From the NCBI GenBank assembly GCA_022844585.1, contig JALHLM010000002.1, positions 1 through 43,315 on the forward strand: a stretch of 43,315 bases of DNA. Reading direction: 5' to 3'. Below the pieces are notes generated by a model. That model was not told the origin of the DNA. It ran no database searches and saw nothing but the letters and a program-made list of their open reading frames with translations. This DNA is from Pirellulales bacterium (GTDB taxonomy: Bacteria > Planctomycetota > Planctomycetia > Pirellulales > JALHLM01). The position numbers and the translations under genes were made by a program. Within the stretch, counting starts at the first letter, position 1, and each line of letters begins with the position of its first letter. Below are positions 8,792-18,095 of this stretch, piece by piece.

Positions 8792-10165
8792 CTAAGTCGT
8801 TGTTTCTTGGGGGCTTGCGACGCCCCTCCAGCGACCGGACAGCCATTGCGCTCCCACGGCGGCAGTCAGGCAGATGACCGGCGTGATCGGCGCCCGCATC
8901 CGCATGTCGGTCCAATAAACCGTGTGGACGGCCATGAAAGTGACCGTAAGCAACGACCCAAACAGCCACGGCGTTTGCCAAAGCCGCCGAGACCGCCCGA
9001 GTTGCCAGAGGCCGATCAAGGCGAAAGCAAAGAATGCGAAGTACCACACGCCGATCGCATAGCGCAACTCCGGCTTGTCCGCCGGCTCGATGGGCACGAG
9101 TCCCCAGAAGCGACGCAGTCGGTGGAGGCAGGCGCGGAGAAAGCCACCGGGATCGTTGGCGATGGTATCGAGCGCCGCATCGTACAAAGCGTCATCGGCG
9201 GCGACTTCCGGATGCGGCGTGACGCCGGGCGGAGCGATCCACACACTGAGTCCATAAGGAAACTGGTTGCGCACGACGCCCGATCGCCGCCAGACCGCAT
9301 CGACCTCTGGCTGCAGGAATCGGGCGTTGTACTCCGGCCAATCAGCAGCTTTCCGTAACTCACCGCGCAGGGAAGCGTAGTACAACCAGTTGTTGCCTAG
9401 GTACAGCGTGTAACCGCCATGAGTCGTGCCGAGGATGGGCTGGCCGAGCACGCGGTAGTTCCGAACCGCCCAGACGCTGAGCACAGATACCAGCATCACG
9501 CCGCAACAGGATGTAACGAGCAAGCGGCGGCGAATCATTGGCGCCGCGACATTCACTTGCCGCAAAGCCAGCAACGCCAACGTCGACACCGCCGCAAATG
9601 GCAGAAACGTCGGACGGCACAAGCAACAGAGCGCGAGGACAAATCCGCACCATAGTCCGCGCGGCACGCTCGGCTGCTGCCAGGCGCCGGCCAGGGCGTC
9701 AAGCGCCGCGACGGCCAGCAGCGTCGCGAGCGTTTCCGTCATGATCAGGGCGGATTGATTCAATAAGATCGGGTCGACCGCCACGAGCGCGCCGGCCAAG
9801 AGCGACCAGTTCCCCAACCGCAGCTTGACGCCGAGCCGCGCCGTTTCCCAAACCGCTAATACGCCGAAGATGAGGTGCCAGCGGATCGCCAACAGCGGGC
9901 GCACTTCGTCGTAGGCCCCGGTCGCCACCAGCACCAGCGGATAGAGCGGCGGTCGATAAGCAACATACCCGTCGGCAACGTACTCGCCGTGCATCGCGAC
10001 GTTGCGAGCCCACTGCCGATACGCATCCGGATCGGCGGCCAGACGATCCTGCCAAGCCAGCAGCACGCCGCCGCGCACGAATGCGGCGAACAGCAACAGC
10101 GCGATCAAAGCCCGCCAGGAATAGGTGGGAGCCCCTTCTCGATCGCCCGCGGCGCTATTCAACAT
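8792..10165 (-). CDS. ArnT/PMT-like (GT39/GT83-type) membrane glycosyltransferase
   Basis: 457 aa and polytopic. The N-terminus, ALIALLLFAAFVRGGVLLAWQDRLAADPDAYRQWARNV, is followed by many TM helices, as in dolichyl- or undecaprenyl-phosphate-sugar-dependent glycosyltransferases. Confidence 0.6.
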   Translation of the reverse strand: MLNSAAGDREGAPTYSWRALIALLLFAAFVRGGVLLAWQDRLAADPDAYRQWARNVAMHGEYVADGYVAYRPPLYPLVLVATGAYDEVRPLLAIRWHLIFGVLAVWETARLGVKLRLGNWSLLAGALVAVDPILLNQSALIMTETLATLLAVAALDALAGAWQQPSVPRGLWCGFVLALCCLCRPTFLPFAAVSTLALLALRQVNVAAPMIRRRLLVTSCCGVMLVSVLSVWAVRNYRVLGQPILGTTHGGYTLYLGNNWLYYASLRGELRKAADWPEYNARFLQPEVDAVWRRSGVVRNQFPYGLSVWIAPPGVTPHPEVAADDALYDAALDTIANDPGGFLRACLHRLRRFWGLVPIEPADKPELRYAIGVWYFAFFAFALIGLWQLGRSRRLWQTPWLFGSLLTVTFMAVHTVYWTDMRMRAPITPVICLTAAVGAQWLSGRWRGVASPQETTT

Positions 10166-10338
10166 GCCGGCAATTCTATGTTCGGCGCGAGGGTGAGCAT
10201 ACCTTCGAGACCGTAGAAAAAAGCGACCTAACGCATTTCAGGGCCATGGCGGCTCCGCTCGTCGGTCGATTGGTTCGTAGGGGAACCTTATACTTGGTAT
10301 GCTTTAGCAAGCAGCAGGAATTTGGTGGAGTACAGGCC

Positions 10339-10479
10339 ATGAAGTCAAAACCCGAAGTAATCCGACTCAATCGCGTCGAATCGATCGCTTTCGTCACGGC
10401 ATTGTTGAAACCAGCGCCGCCTAACGCGGCACTGAGGAAGGCATACCGAAAGTATCTTAAGACAGTTCAATCGCGATGA
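10339..10479 (+). pseudogene. possible orphan C-terminal fragment of a DUF1778/TacA-type antitoxin
   Basis: A 46-aa ORF, MKSKPEVIRLNRVESIAFVTALLKPAPPNAALRKAYRKYLKTVQSR, preceded by GGTGGAG 8 nt upstream. The L..x..F...L..P..PN..L pattern resembles the C-terminal half of DUF1778 antitoxins. There is no RHH N-terminus and no GNAT toxin gene nearby. Confidence 0.3.
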
Positions 10480-10551
10480 ACGGTACGTGCGCGCCGCACA
10501 TGGGCGACCGCTCGGTCCTCTACAACTAGCCGTGTCCTGACAAGCTATCTC

Positions 10552-11142
10552 TTACTTGACGTCCACGAACAGGATATCGTCAGATCCGTGCATCGTCGCA
10601 AAGAACGGCATCTTTCTTGATACAGGATTTCGCTTGCGAAGTGTTGTGACTGCCGACTCAATCAATTCTATAAAACGCGCTGCAACAAGATACTCCGCTA
10701 ACTCGGAGGCAATCTGCAGCGCGAGCGGTTGATCGGGACCGTAGTTCTTGCGGAACGCTGCTTGCACCGTCTCCATGCCCGTCAATACGAAAGGCTTTTC
10801 CGTTTCGCTGTCCCAGGACGCTAGCCAATCCCAGTCGAGCCCGTTCGCCTCACCTGCGCGCTTGTAGCCGAATGCGTCAAAGTGCCAGCGATCCGTGTTG
10901 ATCGTGAATCCATTCATCTCGCAATAAACGGCGCCCTTGACCTTTTTCTTAATGTTGATCGCCAGAAACGCATCGAGGTAGTCCACAACCTCCTTTCGTT
11001 GATGGAGAAACGTGCGTCCCACAACAGCGTGAAACGGCGTTTTTCGAAATGCGCGCAGCGATCCTTCCGCCGAGGCTATGAAATCCGCGACGCGATTGCC
11101 TGACATGCACATGCCGAATTCGGAACTTATTGCTCCCATCAT
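10552..11142 (-). CDS. hypothetical protein in a visibly lower-GC islet
   Basis: 196 aa with an ATG start. It has a Trp-rich core (DRWHFDAFGYKRAGEANGLDWDWLASWDSE) and no signal peptide or TM. I recognise no family. Its G+C is visibly lower than that of neighbouring genes. Confidence 0.55.
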   Translation of the reverse strand: MMGAISSEFGMCMSGNRVADFIASAEGSLRAFRKTPFHAVVGRTFLHQRKEVVDYLDAFLAINIKKKVKGAVYCEMNGFTINTDRWHFDAFGYKRAGEANGLDWDWLASWDSETEKPFVLTGMETVQAAFRKNYGPDQPLALQIASELAEYLVAARFIELIESAVTTLRKRNPVSRKMPFFATMHGSDDILFVDVK

Positions 11143-11178
11143 TCCAATCCATAAGTCAGGGTTTTGAGTTGATATTCG

Positions 11179-12579
11179 TTACCCCAGCAATTCCCCCAGC
11201 ACCCTTCCCCGGCTGATCGGCAGCGGCCGATTCAGACGATCATAGATCAGCGTCTCCGGGCCGTGGCCCATGAGGTGATGGATCGTCGCCGTCAGGTCTT
11301 CCGGCGTCACCAATCCGTCGCGGACTTCACCGCCGATCGCGTCTGAGGCGCCGTGGACGTAGCCTTGCTTCACGCCGCCGCCGGCTAGGGCCATCGAAAA
11401 ACACATTCCCCAGTGATCGCGGCCGCCTTGGGCGTTGTGACGCGGGGTGCGGCCGAACTCGCCGGTCCAGACGATGAGCGTGTCTTCGAACATGCCGCGA
11501 TCGAGCAAGTCGGTCACGAGCGCCGAGTACGCCAGATCCATCGGCGGCATCAACGCGTCTTTCAGTCGCGCCGCGTTGTTGGCGTGTGTATCCCAAAGCG
11601 GGTTCGGGCCCATCTCCTCAGGCGTGCGGGTCCAATTCACCTGCACCAGCGGCACGCCGGCTTCCAGCAAACGACGCCCAAGCAACACGCTCTGTCCGAA
11701 CCGCGTGCGGCCGTAGCGCTCGCGGGTGTCGGACGATTCTTGTTCCAGGTCGAAGGCGTTCCGCGCGGTACGCGCGCGAATCAAGCTGAACGCCTGGCGC
11801 GAGCGATTGTCCCACCGCAACAAATTCGGCCGCGCGTCGTTTTCATCGAGGCCGCGATTTACCGCGTTCAGCAGCGTGCGGCGCGAATCGAAACGGTCGA
11901 CCGACAATTCCTGCGGCAGCCCCACGCCCGGCACTTGGAAATCGGCCTGGTTCGGATCGCAGACGAGTTGCCAGGGATCGGCGACGCGCCCCAGGAAGCC
12001 GCCGTCTTGGCCCGGCCACACGATACGGCCGCAGTTCCAGATTTCATCCGGCAGCGTGACCGCGCCGGGGAAGACCTCGCCATCGCCGCGGAGTTGCTTC
12101 ACCACTGCGGCGAGGCTCGGAAAATCATTCGGCGCGCCGGGCTTGGCGTTCTCATTGTTCATCGGCGAGTGCGGCTGCCCGGTGAGCATGTAGTAGCCGC
12201 TGGAGGAGTGAGCGTTGTCGCGCGTCGACACGCCCCGCAACACGCAGAGGTGATGCGCCAACTTCGCGGTGCGCGGCATCAACTCGCCGACCTGCAGACC
12301 CGGCAGCGAGGAGGCGATCGGCTGATATGCGCCGCGGATTTCCTCAGGAGCCGCCGGCTTGGGATCCCAGGTTTCGTGCTGGGGCGGGCCGCCGGCCATG
12401 AACAACACGATGCACCGCTTGGCGCGGCCGAACGTCGACGCGTGCTGTGAGGCGCTCGAAGTCTGGGGCCATAGGCCCGACATCGCCAGGCCCGCCGCCC
12501 CGGCGCTGGTCAGCTTGAGGGCGTCGCGTCGGGTGAATTCGTCGCCAGATGCTTGCTCAATGTTGCGTGCCGAGGGCAT
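11179..12579 (-). CDS. DUF1501 domain protein (sulfatase-like fold, Tat signal)
   Basis: I trimmed ORF 11179..12774 to the ATG at 12577-12579 (MPSARNIEQ...). It has the twin-arginine motif TRRDALKLTSAGAAGLAMSG. The body (GRTPRHN..GGRDHW) is typical of planctomycete DUF1501 proteins. Confidence 0.8.
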   Translation of the reverse strand: MPSARNIEQASGDEFTRRDALKLTSAGAAGLAMSGLWPQTSSASQHASTFGRAKRCIVLFMAGGPPQHETWDPKPAAPEEIRGAYQPIASSLPGLQVGELMPRTAKLAHHLCVLRGVSTRDNAHSSSGYYMLTGQPHSPMNNENAKPGAPNDFPSLAAVVKQLRGDGEVFPGAVTLPDEIWNCGRIVWPGQDGGFLGRVADPWQLVCDPNQADFQVPGVGLPQELSVDRFDSRRTLLNAVNRGLDENDARPNLLRWDNRSRQAFSLIRARTARNAFDLEQESSDTRERYGRTRFGQSVLLGRRLLEAGVPLVQVNWTRTPEEMGPNPLWDTHANNAARLKDALMPPMDLAYSALVTDLLDRGMFEDTLIVWTGEFGRTPRHNAQGGRDHWGMCFSMALAGGGVKQGYVHGASDAIGGEVRDGLVTPEDLTATIHHLMGHGPETLIYDRLNRPLPISRGRVLGELLG

Positions 12580-12708
12580 GATAGGGGCTCCCGTCGTCGT
12601 GCTGGGGCGTCGAAGATTTTGGTGGGCGGAGTGGTCGCCACGCCGCCCCCTGATCGTACCCCACGAAACAGCACGCGGCAATGCAAGCCCAGTCCAGCAA
12701 GAGCCCTG

Positions 12709-12735
12709 TAGAGCCGGAAGCGTCAGCGCCCGGAG
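12709..12735. repeat. solo arm of the TAGAGCCGGAAGCGTCAGCGCCCGGAG repeat family
   Basis: This 27-mer is identical to the reverse complement of 38278-38304 and differs at 1 of 27 positions from 38216-38242. It lies in the divergent spacer between the DUF1501 gene and the cytochrome gene. Confidence 0.85.
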
Positions 12736-12779
12736 CGCGCGAAGCAAAACTACTTTTCCCGATTGGCCAAACATCCAAG

Positions 12780-15434
12780 ATGCGATTCACTCTCGCCGTC
12801 TGCATCGTTTTCGTCGCGCTTTGTCGAATCCACGCCGCGCCGCCGCGCTCGCTCGATGATCGCCTGGTGATCGAGTTGGTCGCCACGGAGCCGGAGATCG
12901 TCACGCCGACTGGCATCACCGTCGATCCACAAGGACGCATCTATTGCATCGAGAGCCACACCCATTTTCGACCGGAAGGGTACACAGGCCCGTCGGCCGA
13001 TCGCATTCAAGTCTTCGACGATTTTGACGAAACCGGTCACGCCCGGCGGATCACTACGTTCTTCGAAGGCACCAAGGCCACGATGGGCCTGGCGTTCGAC
13101 GCCAAGTTTGAATGGCTGTACGTGGTCGCGCGCAGCGAGATGTTTCGCATTCGAGACACCAATCTCGACGGCGTGAGCGACGAACGCCAATCATTGATGC
13201 GACTGGAAACGACCGGCGAATATCCGCACAACGGCTTGAACGGCTGCGCGTTCGACGCCCAAGGCCGCGTGTACTTTGGTCAAGGCGAAAACCTCGGCGT
13301 CGAATGGAAGGTCGTTGGCACCGATGGCAAATCGATCAGCGGCGGCGACGGCGGACGCGTCTATCGCTGCAACGCTGATGGTACAGGCTTGGAACAAATC
13401 GCCGAAGGCTGTTGGAACCCGTTCGGTCAATGCTTCGACAATTACGGGCAGCTCTTCGTCGTCGATAACGATCCCGACAGCCGTCCGCCGTGTCGGTTGT
13501 TGCATGTCGTGCCCGGCGCGGATTTTGGCTATCGCTTCTCGAACGGTCGCAAGGGATTGCATCCGTTCAGCGCGTGGAACGGCGATTTGCCTGGCTCGCT
13601 GCCCATGGTGGCCGGCACCGGCGAGGCGCCGAGTAACGTGCTATCGTACGAAGCGCACAATTTGCCCGGCGACTACGTCGGCAAGCTGATTGTTCCATCG
13701 TGGGGCGATCATCGCATCGACAGTTTCGGGCTCGAGTCCGTCGGCGCGAGTTATCGCAGCGCGTTCAAACCGTTCGTCATCGGCGACGAAGATTTCCGGC
13801 CCGTCGGCATTGCCGCCGCGCCGGACGGTTCGCTGGTCGTGAGCGATTGGGTCGATAAGTCGTACGAACTGCACGGCAAAGGACGCATCTGGCGCATTCG
13901 CGCGAAGCAGCCCAATGCTTCAGGTGAATCGTCAACGATTGGGAATGGCACGCCGACGGATGATTCGAAAGCGTTGGCCCGAACTGTGCGCGAATCTTCG
14001 CTCGATCAAGCAAAGCTGCTGGAGTTCGCTGGCGAGGAATTCAGTCCGTTCGTGCGCGCCGAAGCGCTGCGCCGCTTGGAGCTCACCGCCGACAGTGCGC
14101 CGGTCATTCTCGCGGCGTGCAAGTCGACCGATCCGTATTTAGCGCAAGCCGCGCGGCGGCCGTTGATCGCGGCCCGGCGTTACCTGTGGCCGCCGAGTTG
14201 GTTGCCGGAGGATGCGTCGCTGCGTCTGACGTACTTACTGGTGGCGAAGGAATCGCACGCGTCGCCGGACGACGAGTCGTTCCGCGTTTGGCTCAGCGAC
14301 CCGGACGAAGCCATTCGCATGACGGCCGTGCGCTGGGTTGGTGAAGCGCGGATGGAAAGGTTTCGCGCCGCGTTGACGCAGGACCTCGCGCGACCGGGAC
14401 AATCGCCGCGAGCGTTCGCCACAATTCTCGCGGCGCTCGAACGGCTCGACGGCGTGAAGCGTGAAGTCAGCGACGAGGACGCCGGCGCGGTCTACGTGGC
14501 AAAACTGGTCGCCGATCCCAAGCTCGATTTGCAAGTGCTGCAACGCGCCGTAGCGATGTTGCCCGTCGACGATAAGTCGCTCAACGCGGAATTGCTTGGC
14601 CGCTTGTTCGGAAGCGATCAGCCGGGGGCGCGCATGGCGGCCATTCGCATCTGGTGCGACCGCGGCCGGGATGACGACCAGGCGAAGTTAGTCGCAATCG
14701 CGCGCGATGCATCGCGTACCAGCGAGGAACGCGCCGCGGCGTTCGCGGGGATGCGACCGAAACATCCCGCCGATGTCGACTGGTCGGTCGACACCGCACG
14801 GCGCGACGACGCGGTACTCGCCACCGAGGCGTTGCGCTCCTTGCGTGGCGTGCAACTATCCGGTGCACAACAAGCTCGCATTCGTGAACTGTTAGAGCGC
14901 AATGACGCGCGGTCGGACCTGGCGAAACTCGTCCTCGAACCGCCGACTCTCGAAACATCCGCCGCCGATGTAGATGTAGACGCGTGGCAAGCGCGATTGG
15001 TGGGCGACGCCGATCCGGCGGCGGGCGAACGTGTGTTCTTTCACGCGCAAGGCCCAGGTTGCTTCAAGTGCCATCAAGTATCGGGGCGCGGCGCCAACGT
15101 CGGCCCGGACTTAACCGCTGTGGGGAGACAACTCGATCGCCGCCGACTGATCGCCTCGATCGTCACGCCGAGCGCCGAAGTCGCCCCGCAGTTCACGACC
15201 TGGAACATCGCCACGCGCGCCGGCCTGGTTCGCCAGGGCATCCTGGTCGCCGAAGCCGTCGACGGCACGCAGACCTACCTGCAACAAGACGGCGCCAAAT
15301 TCGACGTCACGCAGGCCGAGATCGCCGAACGCAGCGCAGTCCAGCAATCGATCATGCCGGAGCATCTGGTCCGGTTGATGACGGAGCAAGAGTTCCGGGA
15401 TTTGCTGGCGTTTTTGAGCACTACGACAAACTAG
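12780..15434 (+). CDS. PVC-type heme-binding CxxCH protein (beta-propeller dehydrogenase-like domain + HEAT repeats + C-terminal cytochrome c)
   Basis: I trimmed ORF 12681..15434 to the ATG at 12780, giving the signal peptide MRFTLAVCIVFVALCRIHAAPP. The N-terminal domain looks like a glucose/sorbosone-dehydrogenase propeller. The C-terminus has GPGCFKCHQVSGRGANVGPDL and a terminal QSIMPEHL motif. Confidence 0.75.
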   Translation: MRFTLAVCIVFVALCRIHAAPPRSLDDRLVIELVATEPEIVTPTGITVDPQGRIYCIESHTHFRPEGYTGPSADRIQVFDDFDETGHARRITTFFEGTKATMGLAFDAKFEWLYVVARSEMFRIRDTNLDGVSDERQSLMRLETTGEYPHNGLNGCAFDAQGRVYFGQGENLGVEWKVVGTDGKSISGGDGGRVYRCNADGTGLEQIAEGCWNPFGQCFDNYGQLFVVDNDPDSRPPCRLLHVVPGADFGYRFSNGRKGLHPFSAWNGDLPGSLPMVAGTGEAPSNVLSYEAHNLPGDYVGKLIVPSWGDHRIDSFGLESVGASYRSAFKPFVIGDEDFRPVGIAAAPDGSLVVSDWVDKSYELHGKGRIWRIRAKQPNASGESSTIGNGTPTDDSKALARTVRESSLDQAKLLEFAGEEFSPFVRAEALRRLELTADSAPVILAACKSTDPYLAQAARRPLIAARRYLWPPSWLPEDASLRLTYLLVAKESHASPDDESFRVWLSDPDEAIRMTAVRWVGEARMERFRAALTQDLARPGQSPRAFATILAALERLDGVKREVSDEDAGAVYVAKLVADPKLDLQVLQRAVAMLPVDDKSLNAELLGRLFGSDQPGARMAAIRIWCDRGRDDDQAKLVAIARDASRTSEERAAAFAGMRPKHPADVDWSVDTARRDDAVLATEALRSLRGVQLSGAQQARIRELLERNDARSDLAKLVLEPPTLETSAADVDVDAWQARLVGDADPAAGERVFFHAQGPGCFKCHQVSGRGANVGPDLTAVGRQLDRRRLIASIVTPSAEVAPQFTTWNIATRAGLVRQGILVAEAVDGTQTYLQQDGAKFDVTQAEIAERSAVQQSIMPEHLVRLMTEQEFRDLLAFLSTTTN

Positions 15435-15465
15435 CGCGCGAACCTCGTCGTGCGCGTTACGACAA

Positions 15466-16764
15466 CTACCCCGAAAGCTCATTCCCGGTCGCCAGACGCA
15501 GCGCGATCTTGCAAGCCTGGTCGTAGACTTCCAGGTCGAGCCGTTCGCTGGTCGTGTGCGGGTTCATTTGGCCGCAGCCGAGGGTGACCGTCGGGATGCC
15601 GCGGGCGGTGAGCCAGTTGGCGTCGAGGCCGCCGTTGGAGATGGCGCGTTCCGGCGTGAGGCCGATCGCGCGGATCGCCGACTCGGCCGCTTGCACCGAG
15701 GCGTCGTTTTCCGGCAGGACGAACGATTCATAATCGAGCCGGCTGGCGATGCTCACCTTGCCGGTGACGCCGTCGACGTTTCGCACCGATTGCGCGGCGC
15801 GTTCGAAGGCTTGCTCGAATTCTTTGACGAGGCGTTGGCGGAACTTGGCGTCGTGGCTGCGCGTTTCCGCCCGCAGCGTGACGCGCGAAGTGACCACATT
15901 CGTGGCGCTGCCCCCTTCGATAACGCCGACATTGGTCGTGCCGCGGACGCCGTCCTTGATCACTTCGCCAATCCAGCCATGTTGCTGGAGATCGGCGATG
16001 GCCAAGCCGGCGATGGTGATCGCGCTGACACCGCGCTCCGGCGCACCGCCAGCATGGGCGGCCAGGCCGTCGACGACGATATCGAGCCGGTACGCACCGG
16101 TGGCGCCAATCGTCAGTTTCTCCGCGACCCCGCCGTCCCAGTTGAAGGCCAGCCGTGGATTACCCAGTTTACCGATATTCGCGCATCGCGCGCCATGCAG
16201 GCCGATCTCTTCTTGGACCGGCCACAGGAGGGTGAGCGGCGGGTACGGGAGCTTACGCTCGAAGATCTCGATCACGGTGTTGAGCAGCACCGCCACGCCG
16301 GAACGGTCGTCGGCGCCGAGCCCGCTCTGCTTGTTGGCAGAGCCGATCAAATGACCGGCCTGAATCGGGCGCGCGCCAACTGCAAGCGGGACCGTGTCCA
16401 AATGGGCCACCAGCAATCGGCGCGGACCGCGCAAAGTGCCTGGCAGCTTGCAGATAAGGTTGCCGACCTTGCCGTTGATGGGCGTGCGGCGATGCGCCTG
16501 ATCGGTGGAGATCGTGGAGTTTGGGACGCCGACCGCTTTCAGCTTGCCCACGATGTAATCGACGACCGCTTGCTCTTCGCCGCTGGGTCCGGGGATCGAC
16601 ATCAGTTCCAACACGAGCTTGAGGGCCCGTTTGGACGTAAACATCCCCGGAGTGAGGGGTACGGACTCGAAGATGGGGGCAGCGGGCTGCGGCCGCTTTG
16701 GCCGCGATGCAGTCGTGGGGTTCACAGGATCGTTACCTTCTTTCCTCATAAGGGCTTCCGCCAT
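15466..16764 (-). CDS. M20-family metallopeptidase (peptidase T-like)
   Basis: 432 aa with the motifs AHLDTV, GADDRSGVA, VQEEIGLHGA and GGSATNVV, characteristic of M20/M20B peptidases. Confidence 0.75.
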   Translation of the reverse strand: MAEALMRKEGNDPVNPTTASRPKRPQPAAPIFESVPLTPGMFTSKRALKLVLELMSIPGPSGEEQAVVDYIVGKLKAVGVPNSTISTDQAHRRTPINGKVGNLICKLPGTLRGPRRLLVAHLDTVPLAVGARPIQAGHLIGSANKQSGLGADDRSGVAVLLNTVIEIFERKLPYPPLTLLWPVQEEIGLHGARCANIGKLGNPRLAFNWDGGVAEKLTIGATGAYRLDIVVDGLAAHAGGAPERGVSAITIAGLAIADLQQHGWIGEVIKDGVRGTTNVGVIEGGSATNVVTSRVTLRAETRSHDAKFRQRLVKEFEQAFERAAQSVRNVDGVTGKVSIASRLDYESFVLPENDASVQAAESAIRAIGLTPERAISNGGLDANWLTARGIPTVTLGCGQMNPHTTSERLDLEVYDQACKIALRLATGNELSG

Positions 16765-16925
16765 TTTTTCCTATGTTACGACGAAACGATCCCGCCTTAA
16801 AGAGTCCCGACCCGTTTTTGGGCAGATTCCCCCAAGGAGCGGGCATTTCACGGTGAGCCAATCCCCCTGATTGGGCCATTCGACGCCGGCGAGCGTTGCA
16901 GTTCGCAGGAACTCGCGCCGGACGT

Positions 16926-16954
16926 TTGACACCCCTAATTGGCACAAATAGAAT
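16926..16954 (+). promoter_or_regulatory. near-consensus sigma70 promoter upstream of the dksA-like gene
   Basis: TTGACA (16926-16931), a 17-nt spacer, then TAGAAT (16949-16954), about 70 nt upstream of the ATG at 17025. Confidence 0.5.
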
Positions 16955-17024
16955 CGAGAGTCTGTCATCCAATCGGAGAGTAGCGCGCCGGGCAACATTC
17001 CAGCTTATTTGGGAGTGGTGATCG

Positions 17025-17396
17025 ATGAAGAAGGTCGAGATGAAAGTCTACAAAGACCGTCTGCTGACTCTGCGTGCTCGGATGCGGGGCGATGTGACTC
17101 AACTGGCCGACGCGGCGCTGAAGAAAAATCGGATGGAGGGGAACGGCGAGACCTCGGCGATGCCGATCCACATGGCCGACATCGGCAGCGATAACTTCGA
17201 GCAGGAGTTCACCCTATCCCTCATGGAGAATGAGGAAGATACGCTGGACGCCATCGAAGCCGCCCTGGAGCGCATCGAAGATGGAAACTACGGGGTTTGC
17301 GAAGAATGCGCAACCAAGATTCCCAAGACTCGCCTCAATGCGATTCCTTACGCCTCGCATTGCGTCAAGTGCGCTGAAATCGCCCAGCGGGGATGA
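17025..17396 (+). CDS. dksA: DksA/TraR-family C4 zinc-finger protein
   Basis: 123 aa with GGAGTGG upstream of the ATG. A coiled-coil region is followed by CEECATKIPKTRLNAIPYASHCVKC, a four-Cys zinc finger. Confidence 0.8.
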   Translation: MKKVEMKVYKDRLLTLRARMRGDVTQLADAALKKNRMEGNGETSAMPIHMADIGSDNFEQEFTLSLMENEEDTLDAIEAALERIEDGNYGVCEECATKIPKTRLNAIPYASHCVKCAEIAQRG

Positions 17397-17508
17397 CCCG
17401 TCCAGACTGAGCTGCTAGACTCCGGCCCGCCGGCGATTCGTTATTGTGCGAACCGCTCGAAGTACTTCTGTCGATTGGCGGCGCGGATTGCGGCCGGGAG
17501 CGAAGCTC

Positions 17509-18087
17509 ATGAATGGCGTTCCTCTTTCCCGTTGGATCACCTTTTGGTCGCTGGCCGTCGTCGGCTGCGCGCTGGATCTGGCCAGTAAACACTGGATGTT
17601 CGATTGGCTTGGCATGCCGGGCGGACGGCCGTATTGGATTATTGACGGCATCTTCGGTTTCGAAACGAGCCTGAACGACGGGGCGCTGTTTGGCCTCGGC
17701 AAAGGCAAAGTGCTGTGGTTTGCCGCGCTGAGCGTGGTCGCGGCGATCGGCATCAACTATTGGCTGTTCGTAGCCCGCGCGGCGCTCGACCGTTGGTTGA
17801 CGGTGGCCCTCGGTTGCATCATGGGGGGCGTGCTCGGCAATCTTTATGATCGCCTGGGACTTTGGGCCCCGGCCGGGCTCGATCCAGCGTATGCCCACGC
17901 GGTACGCGATTGGATTCTCTTCCGCTACGGCGAATGGACCTGGCCGAACTTCAATCTCGCCGACAGTTTCCTCGTCTGCGGCGCCGGCATGCTCTGCTGG
18001 CACGCGTTGCGCACAGAACTCGCTCAGCGCAAGGCCAATGCGCAAGCCGCTGACGGCGCGGCCGAACAGCGCATTGCAGGTGCCTAA
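17509..18087 (+). CDS. lspA: lipoprotein signal peptidase II
   Basis: I trimmed ORF 17446..18087 to the ATG at 17509. It has the motifs LDLASKHW, NDGALFGLG, NLYDRL, VRDWI and NLADSFLVCGA, typical of LspA. Confidence 0.85.
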   Translation: MNGVPLSRWITFWSLAVVGCALDLASKHWMFDWLGMPGGRPYWIIDGIFGFETSLNDGALFGLGKGKVLWFAALSVVAAIGINYWLFVARAALDRWLTVALGCIMGGVLGNLYDRLGLWAPAGLDPAYAHAVRDWILFRYGEWTWPNFNLADSFLVCGAGMLCWHALRTELAQRKANAQAADGAAEQRIAGA

Positions 18088-18095
18088 AGGATCGG

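Noticed and set aside
15556-16800. Long antisense or alternative-frame ORFs. Examples are 15556..16800 (414 aa), 41313..43154 (613 aa), 21109..22332 (407 aa), 7277..8416 (379 aa), 11413..12450 (345 aa) and 24922..25950 (342 aa).
   Set aside because: Their products are Arg/Ala/Gly/Pro-rich and low in complexity. They lie entirely opposite to, or out of frame with, ORFs that carry clear family motifs (M20 peptidase, TPR, gyrB, LptD, DUF1501, dnaN). Such shadow ORFs are expected in high-GC DNA, where stop codons are rare.
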